A stretch of DNA of 64,000 nt from Tubiluchus corallicola (taxonomy: Eukaryota > Animalia > Priapulida): positions 11,971 through 75,970 of the forward strand of contig JAQGDQ010000050.1 of the NCBI GenBank assembly GCA_030141605.1, given 5' to 3'. The notes below the pieces were generated by a model. That model saw only the letters and a program-made list of their open reading frames with translations. It had not been told where the DNA came from and did not search any database. Position numbers and translations under genes: made by a program. Below, one piece after another: positions 1 to 7,600 of this stretch; the stretch's first letter is position 1, and each line of letters opens with the position of its first letter.

Positions 1-12
1 ACATAGAATAAA

Positions 13-116
13 ATGACTTACGAAAGGCATCTCAATTCTCCTCTTAGTTTGGAGTTTGAGAATGCCTTCATATCTGACGTGTATCATAAAACACCACAGA
101 ATACCATTGGGAATAA
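13..116 (+). pseudogene. Possible N-terminal fragment of a mononegavirus-like L polymerase (EVE fragment)
   Basis: ATG at 13 reads MTYERHLNSPLSLEFENAF. HLNSPL resembles the (H/N)L(N/D)SP(L/I) motif near the start of paramyxo/rhabdo L proteins. The fragment is very short and rests on one motif. Confidence 0.3.
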
Positions 117-1862
117 CCAATCCTCGGAACGTACCCGAAGAATGACAGGCTGCCGAGTGACAACACCCAGTTGAGCGCCGCTTCGTATGGCTTTGCGAAG
201 CGGTGTTTCAGCTGGGGTGTGGAAAATTCAACAGTTGTCCAGGTAAGCAAGAGGAGAGATAAGGTCCTCGAAAGTATCAAAACGAGAGTGGACCGACCAA
301 TCTATCCTGCACTCCGAGACGAGACAAAAGGCGAACTGCGGCAGGTGATGTGGCACATAAGAAATAAGACCAAGATAAAGTTGGAGCCATTCACCTATGA
401 GGAAATGCTCAAGGTAGTGAACAAGAAAGGAGCTGCAGGACTGTTTGACGACTGGGGTGATATGGAGCAATGTCTCGCCGACCCCACCACACGACCAAGG
501 GTTGAAGAAATAATCGCCTGCTTGAGAGCCGGAATCAATGTGCCGGAATATTACGTGACTGTCAACAACAAGGTTGAGAGCAAAGTAAGCGAAAAGACGA
601 CTCCACGATTGATATCGTACTTCTCGTGCATTGCGAGAATCATGGACTGGATGATCTTCGGCCCGTTCGTGAAACAACACTACACACAAGGGAAAACGTT
701 TAAACACGCAACATCAGGAACACCCTTGTGTGACGTTGGCGATTTGATTGCAACCCACTGGCAGAAATGGAAAGATCAAGGAGACCCTGTAGCTGGCATG
801 GGGGATGCCTCAAAGTGGGACCACTCTTTGTATCCTGAGCTTTTTGCAATGGAATGTGAGTTCGTAACATCATTCTACGAACCAGAGTGGTGGGAAGTAA
901 TCGCCAACATTTACGAACACGTCATTTGGTCACCATGCTTTACTAGGTTGGGATTCGTTTATTCACCGGTCGGCCATCGAATAACTGGTTGGATCTTCAC
1001 CTGGATGAATTCCTTCCTGAACAGTATGTTGCATGAGTGGGCCTGGAAGAAAACACTCGGGATCAAAATGACGGACGACTTAGACAACCATCTTTCCATG
1101 TTGATCGACGGCGATGACAACGTACATATCGGGACCAGCAAAGTCGTCAATGCCATCAACATGAAGAAACTGACATTCTGGATGAAGTCGGTTAACATCA
1201 CAATTCGTTCCAAAGAACAGGACGGATACCGACTTACCACGGACCCAAGAGACATCGACTACCTGTCTCATTATTATTCTCCGGTCTACTTAGCATGCAC
1301 GCCAGAGGATCCAGGCGCATGCCCCCCTTCTTACAACCATGGGATAATGAAGGGTTGGTGGAGAGTGAAGTGGTTGCCCAATAGACCACTCGACGAGGTC
1401 CTGGGGAAGATGTCATACACAATGAAGGCATCTGCGTCCAGAAACACACCAATGCTCGCACGGCAGGCGCTGGAAGGAAAGCAACTGACCGCGATAGAAA
1501 ATATGTATCTGACATTCTGGATGAAGTCGGTTAACATCACAATTCGTTCCAAAGAACAGGACGGATACCGACTTACCACGGACCCAAGAGACATCGACTA
1601 CCTGTCTCATTATTATTCTCCGGTCTACTTAGCATGCACGCCAGAGGATCCAGGCGCATGCCCCCCTTCTTACAACCATGGGATAATGAAGGGTTGGTGG
1701 AGAGTGAAGTGGTTGCCCAATAGACCACTCGACGAGGTCCTGGGGAAGATGTCATACACAATGAAGGCATCTGCGTCCAGAAACACACCAATGCTCGCAC
1801 GGCAGGCGCTGGAAGGAAAGCAAATGACCGCGAATGAGTTCATAACTCATCATGAACGTTAG
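117..1862 (+). CDS. EVE: Flaviviridae-like (pestivirus/large-genome flavi-like) NS5B RdRp fragment
   Basis: The frame is open from 117. VNKKGAAGLF (cf. pestivirus NRKGAAGF), PRLISY (motif F), DASKWDHS (motif A), GHRITGWIFTWMNSFLN (motif B), LIDGDDNV (motif C). The duplicated viral block ends at ~1833. Confidence 0.9.
   Translation, partial: PILGTYPKNDRLPSDNTQLSAASYGFAKRCFSWGVENSTVVQVSKRRDKVLESIKTRVDRPIYPALRDETKGELRQVMWHIRNKTKIKLEPFTYEEMLKVVNKKGAAGLFDDWGDMEQCLADPTTRPRVEEIIACLRAGINVPEYYVTVNNKVESKVSEKTTPRLISYFSCIARIMDWMIFGPFVKQHYTQGKTFKHATSGTPLCDVGDLIATHWQKWKDQGDPVAGMGDASKWDHSLYPELFAMECEFVTSFYEPEWWEVIANIYEHVIWSPCFTRLGFVYSPVGHRITGWIFTWMNSFLNSMLHEWAWKKTLGIKMTDDLDNHLSMLIDGDDNVHIGTSKVVNAINMKKLTFWMKSVNITIRSKEQDGYRLTTDPRDIDYLSHYYSPVYLACTPEDPGACPPSYNHGIMKGWWRVKWLPNRPLDEVLGKMSYTMKASASRNTPMLARQALEGKQLTAIENMYLTFWMKSVNITIRSKEQDGYRLTTDPRDIDYLSHYYSPVYLACTPEDPGACPPSYNHGIMKGWWRVKWLPNRPLDEVLGKMSYTMKASASRNTPMLARQALEGKQMTANEFITHHER
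1170..1833 (+). repeat. In-frame 339-bp-period tandem duplication inside the RdRp EVE
   Basis: 1170-1494 is repeated at 1509-1833 (LTFWMKSV...ARQALEGKQ twice), nearly identical. Confidence 0.95.
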
Positions 1863-1915
1863 AATTCAGATCAATTTGTTCAGAAAAATAGAGTTAAACG
1901 TGTTCAGTATCAACC

Positions 1916-2335
1916 ATGGATATTGAAAACAAAGAATTGAAGAGATTGATAGAAAATCCAAGGTTTGAGAAAAATCCTCCAGAACTTGAGGTCTCAGATT
2001 GGAACCCCAAGGATATGCCCAAGTTTCTACAAAATTTAAAGCTCACACAAGGCACGTCTAGGCCCATTCTCTTACCTAAAAACAATCAGTTTACAGTTCT
2101 GTTGGTAGAACATGTACACAAACTAAACCTTCATGTCGGCGTATCGCAGACCTTAGCATTATTACGTAAAGAGTTTTGGGTTTCTTCTGGGAGGGAACTG
2201 GTCAAGAAAACTTTAAATAAGTGCCGTACTTGTCGGAAAATGGAAGGTGGAGCCTATAAGTTACCACCAATGCCAGAATTACCTCCAGAAAGAGTCCAAG
2301 AATCTAATCCCTTTACACACAAAGACGCTCATTAA
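1916..2335 (+). pseudogene. Chimeric ORF: unidentified 42-aa N-terminus fused in frame to a Bel/Pao integrase zinc-binding piece
   Basis: 2042-2320 matches 9058-9336 of the downstream Pao pol (one substitution noticed). I found no match in the window for 1834-2041. Confidence 0.85.
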
Positions 2336-3602
2336 CATTTTGAAACAAAGGAATAGGATATTGATAAGTCATGTCCCAGCAGCAGAAGAAAACAACCAGC
2401 GAGCAAGACGTTCAGAGATTCATCCTGGCATCCTTAGAAGACGTTAATATAGAAGATCTGAAGAAGGATGCCAAAGACATGATGGAGTTAGTAAAATTCC
2501 AGGGCTTTGATCCTGTGGAGACTGCACGTCAAGTCTTGGAATATAGTGACTGGGGTACTGGTGATGCCCCAATGTCAGATGCCTTGAAGGATGTATCCAA
2601 GATGATAGCCCTATTCCAAGCGAGAGGATCTAAAATTGTCAATAAGTCTGGACAAAACTTTAGAATGAGTGCAGATGGGGTTACTAGAGTTACTAACCTT
2701 ATATCAAAATATCACATCGTGGCATCAGGAGGAGGACAACATGCAAAAGTCCTAACCCTACCAAGGATAGCTTTAGCTTTCCCTTACATCACATGTCAAA
2801 ACTCTTACACTCTTCTTCCCGAGTCTGATACTCTCAGGCAACTCACTTGCACCGCACCAGTCAAACAGACAGCCTTTGCCAGTTTGATACCCAATGATAT
2901 TGAGAATGAAGCAGATTCCACTAGGAGCATGGTGACCACATTAATGTATGCCCATGCATATTGCATGTATGAATTAGGGAAGATCATTGGGGGAAATAAG
3001 AAACTCAGCCAAAGGCAAAGAGTGGATGAGGTGATAAAGTTCATGAATGCAGGAATGAATAGTACAATGATCAAAAAAGAAACCAGGTTCCTAAAGCTAA
3101 TAAGCCTTGGTTTAATAAATCAGACTCGCAATGAATGGGGGCAAAACTCAACTCCTAAAATGCTGATTTATTATGCTTCTATGTGGGAACATGTAAGAGC
3201 TGAGAGACCAGACAGTGCAAGGCCCAAGCATCCACAGGAAGATAAAGATAAAGCAGGACCTTCCCAGTCAACGTAAGCATTCTTACACACAAAGACCGCT
3301 CATTAATAAACAACTAAAAAGTAAATACAGATAGCTTATACCATTTGTCTGACTAAATAAATCAACATGTACACACCTAATATTTACAGTGAGTTTCTTA
3401 AAATGTTAGGGTCTCCACTAACCTCTAGACTCACAAGAGCTAACATTTTCTGATTATTACAACATCATCATTAATATAATGTATGAATAAGCAAATAAAC
3501 TTTACTAAATAAATACATATAGGATATATTATATATCTCTAACTAGCACCATTATAATTACATAATATTGATTTAGTGTTTATCAATAAGCGGTTTTTGT
3601 GT
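2317..3602 (+). other. EVE: apparently complete phenuivirus-like S segment (antigenome sense) with both termini
   Basis: Starts ACACAAAGACGCTCATT (2317) and ends AATAAGCGGTTTTTGTGT (3602). These near-complementary panhandle termini are typical of Phenuiviridae. Contains the N ORF and an AT-rich 3' region. Confidence 0.85.
2371..3276 (+). CDS. Phenuivirus (phlebo/tenui-like) nucleocapsid protein N, intact, 301 aa
   Basis: FQGFDP, KDVSKMIALFQARGSK, MSADGVTRVTNLISKYHI and LTLPRIALAFP follow the phlebovirus N motifs (YQGFD, KKMIVLALTRGNK, MSKEG..V..LI.KY.L, LTLSRVAAA). Confidence 0.92.
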   Translation: MSQQQKKTTSEQDVQRFILASLEDVNIEDLKKDAKDMMELVKFQGFDPVETARQVLEYSDWGTGDAPMSDALKDVSKMIALFQARGSKIVNKSGQNFRMSADGVTRVTNLISKYHIVASGGGQHAKVLTLPRIALAFPYITCQNSYTLLPESDTLRQLTCTAPVKQTAFASLIPNDIENEADSTRSMVTTLMYAHAYCMYELGKIIGGNKKLSQRQRVDEVIKFMNAGMNSTMIKKETRFLKLISLGLINQTRNEWGQNSTPKMLIYYASMWEHVRAERPDSARPKHPQEDKDKAGPSQST

Positions 3603-3612
3603 CCCTTATATG

Positions 3613-4069
3613 TTTACTGAGTTACTGAGGTGGTTCGTCATGCCAAACAAGGATCAAAAGCCCGACGGAAGTATCCCAGCTAGTGCTAGAGACTTAGGCT
3701 ACATTAAACAAGCACGAACCAAGGCAAGGAAAAGCCTGCAAGAGGAAATCAGAGCTGCTAAAGTTCGTACTAGTAATGGTAATATTCTGACTCGTTCTTT
3801 GAGTCAATTGTTTCCTATTGAGTGTCCTAGGTCAGTTGATGCGAGTGCAGCATCTAATGCGGCAGCACGTTTGGGTAAAATTTTGTGCGAGGGCTCAATG
3901 TGCTGATGCTGTGCAGGACAAGTGCCTTTTTCACCTGCACTCGCTTGTTGGAATTTTCTAACAAAATTGTTCTTATAGATCCATTGTTGTTATGCTCACG
4001 TATATTATATAATGATTGTTAGTTTGTTTTTTTCCAAATTGTCTTTTTCTTGTCTTTTTTCTGGGGGAG
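3613..4069 (+). mobile_element. Scrambled Bel/Pao pieces: gag 5' piece, pol 3' piece, inverted piece, deleted 3' UTR plus PPT
   Basis: 3622-3750 = 4609-4737. 3746-3850 = 10208-10312 (AAATC microhomology). 3850-3944 is an inverted copy of the ~10303-10490 region. 3946-4069 is the 3' UTR 10720-10977 with an internal deletion, ending in PPT GGGGGAG. Confidence 0.9.
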
Positions 4070-4291
4070 TGTCGTGAAGTTTGGGCTTCACGATTCGCCC
4101 CCCAGAGAGAAGCCATTGAATTGAATTGATTTTACGTGTAACTGTAGAAAAGAAGTTAGGCAGTTGTTGAGTTGGTATGAAAGGGCAAACTAGCATATTG
4201 TGTTCGAAAAAAAAGGAATAAAGTTTAGCGTTACGACGGTGGTAAAAATTCTCGTCTTTTCGTTTTATTTGTTACAAAAGTCACCACGACA
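4070..4291 (+). repeat. Pao-1 upstream LTR (preceded by a PPT, followed by the PBS)
   Basis: Inverted ends TGTCGTG/CACGACA, internal AATAAA, only a few differences from 10978-11199. Confidence 0.93.
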
Positions 4292-4293
4292 AT

Positions 4294-4313
4294 TGGTGCA
4301 AGGAAACCCGGGA
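4294..4313 (+). promoter_or_regulatory. Primer-binding site (tRNA-Phe-like)
   Basis: TGGTGCAAGGAAACCCGGGA lies 2 nt after the LTR and resembles TGGTGCCGAAACCCGGGA, the complement of the tRNA-Phe 3' end. Confidence 0.75.
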
Positions 4314-4602
4314 ATACCAGGAACATTTAGATGCGCTTATTAGAAAGCATTTCAAGTGCAAAATAAAGACTATTTCGGCACATAAAAGTAAACGGGTGTC
4401 TACGTACGGTTTTACCTGGCTTCAAGCTTTTGACTTGCAACGTTTGTTAGCGAAATCTGTTTGGACTATGAACGATAATGAACATAATCTCGTATTATTG
4501 AGCTCCTTTGAAGATGATCGTAACTGTCAAGTTTCGAAAAGACTGTGCGGAGTCAACAATGAACTATTTTTGTTGCTGAAACCTGTTGATTAACATCGAA
4601 CT

Positions 4603-7600
4603 TTGACTTTACTGAGGTGGTTCGTCATGCCAAACAAGGATCAAATGCCCGACGGAAGTATCCCAGCTAGTGCTAGAGACTTGGGCTACATTAAACAAGC
4701 ACGAACCAAGGCAAGGAAAAGCCTGCAAGAGGAAATCGAGCTAGCTAACGAATTGGTGTCAAGAGATGAGTCAACGATTGGTGACATTTCAAACTATCTG
4801 CAGCGTGTCAAGATGTGCAAACATACTCTCCAGAATCGTTTGGCAAAGCTGGAAGATCTCACATTAAAGTTCTCGGAGCGTGGTATGACAGCTGAGGCAG
4901 ACGAAGCAACAATTAAAGCAGCAGACCAGTACTTGGAGGAAGATAACGAATTCCTTGGCACGGTATCTCAAGTTACCTTTTTGTTAGATGAATGTATTAC
5001 TAAGTTTTCTGTAAAAAATGTTAAAAGGGATTTAACTGATGAGTTTCACACTGTTTCTGAGATACCTCATAGTCGTGCAGTTGATAAAAAACCTACTGTT
5101 GTTCATGCGGCTGCGTCCGCATCTCAATTTACTGATAATGACTCACCTGTTGCTCCGCCCCGTCGCAAGAGAAATACTAGTCTTGCCCCCATCACGCTAC
5201 CTAGTAGTAACCTTGTACAGTCACGCAGTTATGTTAAACTGCCAAAATTCGAACTGAAATCATTTTCTGGGCAGATTTTAGAATGGCGTGAATTTTGGGA
5301 TGCGTTCAAAACTATGGTTCATGATCACCCAGATTTAGAAAATATTCAAAAATTTCAGTATTTGAAGAGCAAGCTTACAGGTCCTGCTCTTAGTGCAGTA
5401 GAAGGTTTTTCACTCAGTAATGAAAACTATTTGCAAGCGTTAGATGTTTTAAGAAGCCGTTTTGGCAAAGAACAAAGCATTATTAATGTACATTATAAAG
5501 CTTTGGCACATCTTGAAAAATCCGGAGAAAATGCTAAAAGTCTTAGGAAATTTCAAGATAGTCTTGAGTTGCACTTGCGAAGTTTGGAGGCAGTGGGTGA
5601 ATGCGTGGACAGCCGTGTTATTATCCCATTAGTATTAGAAAAATTACCACGTTCAGTAGTGCAACAAATGCGCATTACAATGGACCCTGATAGCGCTTGG
5701 TCAGTTTCAGATATAAGACAACGTCTTAATCGCCACATTTATACTTTAGAAGCGGTTGAAAATGAAACAGCTGCCTCCAGCTTTCAGCAACCATTCTCTA
5801 AGGCTAATGAGAGATTTCCTAAGAAGTTTGTAAGTGCATCAAGGCACGAAACTGTTCTTGGAGCTTCTGATAAGCAAAGCTCCGCCCACACGCCACAACG
5901 TAAAAACGTTAGCGCACATTCTGATTATCCAGCACGCAATTGTATTTTTTGTAAAGGCCCACATTGGGCAGATCAGTGTGGCAATTTTGCTACAGCTAGA
6001 GAGAGAAAGAGACTTCTGAAAAATCGTTGTTTTATTTGTCTAAGAGAAAATCATCAAGCTCACCAATGTAGATCAGGCAGAAGCTGTTATTTCTGCCATA
6101 AAAATACTCATCACCGTAGTTTGTGCACAGAGCAATTTCCAGATAAAAATCGAGAAGCAACACTAGCTTGTTCACCCAGTTTAAGTTTGTATTCTAGTAA
6201 TGAACAGGTTGTCATGCAAACAGCACTCGTTCGTGTTAGTCATCCTGTTTCTCACAAGACTATTACAATTCGAGCCTACCTTGATTGTGGTTCTCAGTCC
6301 AGCTATATTAGTGCTAGGCTGGCTAATTTGCTGAATGTTCCTAAGGGCACTTCTGAAGTGCTTCAAGTAGCTACATTTGCAAGTAAAAATGTTAGGCAAA
6401 TTTCTTGCTATCCTGCAAATATTGGTTTGCATACGCGCGATGGGCGTGTGTTAAATATGACCCTACGTGTGATTCCAGAAATATCGCTTAAAACTAAACG
6501 CGAGGCCCTCCCACACAGTTTAATTAATAAGCTGTACAAGAGATTCGGCTATGATTTGGCTGACAGTTTCCCAACCCACGTGGCTGAATCTTCTATTGAC
6601 TTTTTGATCGGTAATGATTACTATTTGTCACTTTTAGAGCCTCAGAAATTCCAGGTAGGGCCTGATTTGTTTTTGTTTGGATCGAAAATAGGTTTAATTC
6701 TCGGTGGATTCTTGAACAGGAAACCCAGTTCGAATGTCGACAAATCTCGAGTGTCTGGCTTCTTGTGCATACAGCCTGGGTTAAATACTCACGGATTAAA
6801 TTTAGAATATGAACAAGAAAAATTTGAACATTGCAGTATTACTGAACGCGCGTTTTCATGCCTAGATTCTGATTCAAGTTTTACGTGTGTAAAGCAAGAT
6901 TTTGATACTAATTTTGCACTTGAACGATTTTGGGACCTTGAAAGTCTAGGCATTCGTGAATCACCGTCACGGACTCAAGACGCTCAAGACGACGTAGCGC
7001 TAGATTTATTTAATAAATCAATCAAATTTGAAGACGGACGCTACAATGTATCTTGGCCCTGGCGACAAAATAAGCAGGCCTTACCCGACAATTATCATAT
7101 TGCTGTGAGCAGATTAAATTCTTGCTTAAAACGGCTTCGCAAACAGCCTGGGATATTGGCTAAATACGACCAAGTAATTAATGAACAACTCGAGAAGGGA
7201 ATCGTTGAAGTTGTGAGTCCAGAGTCTCCCGAAGGTCCTATTAAACACTATATTCCCCATCATTGTATTGTCACACCTGAGAAAAGCACAAAATTACGAA
7301 TTGTGTACAATGCTTCATGTAAAGCAAACAAAAACAGTCCTTCACTCAATGAGTGCCTATACAGGGGACCATTGCTACTTCCTGATTTATGCGGCTTGTT
7401 GTTGCGGTTTCGCTTACATTTAATAGGCATTGTAAGCGACATAGAAAAAGCGTTTTTAAACGTAGGCCTAAATTACGAAGATAGGGATGTCACGAGATTT
7501 CTGTGGGTAAAAAATGTCAGCAAACCCCCTTCGGATCCTGGTAATTTGCAAATATTTCGCTTCTGTCGAGTCATTTTTGGAGCTATTAGTAGCCCATTTT

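Noticed and set aside
228-1800. Minus-strand ORFs over the RdRp, and similar shadow ORFs over pol, the transposase and the ZF gene
   Set aside because: Antisense shadows of long coding frames with no recognisable motifs.
3610-3906. 98-aa ORF as a real gene
   Set aside because: It is a by-product of fused gag, pol and inverted Pao pieces.
3946-4069. TGTTGG at 3946/10720 as the LTR start
   Set aside because: The PPT GGGGGAG and the inverted end TGTCGTG/CACGACA place the LTR start at 4070/10978. This shared block is 3' UTR.
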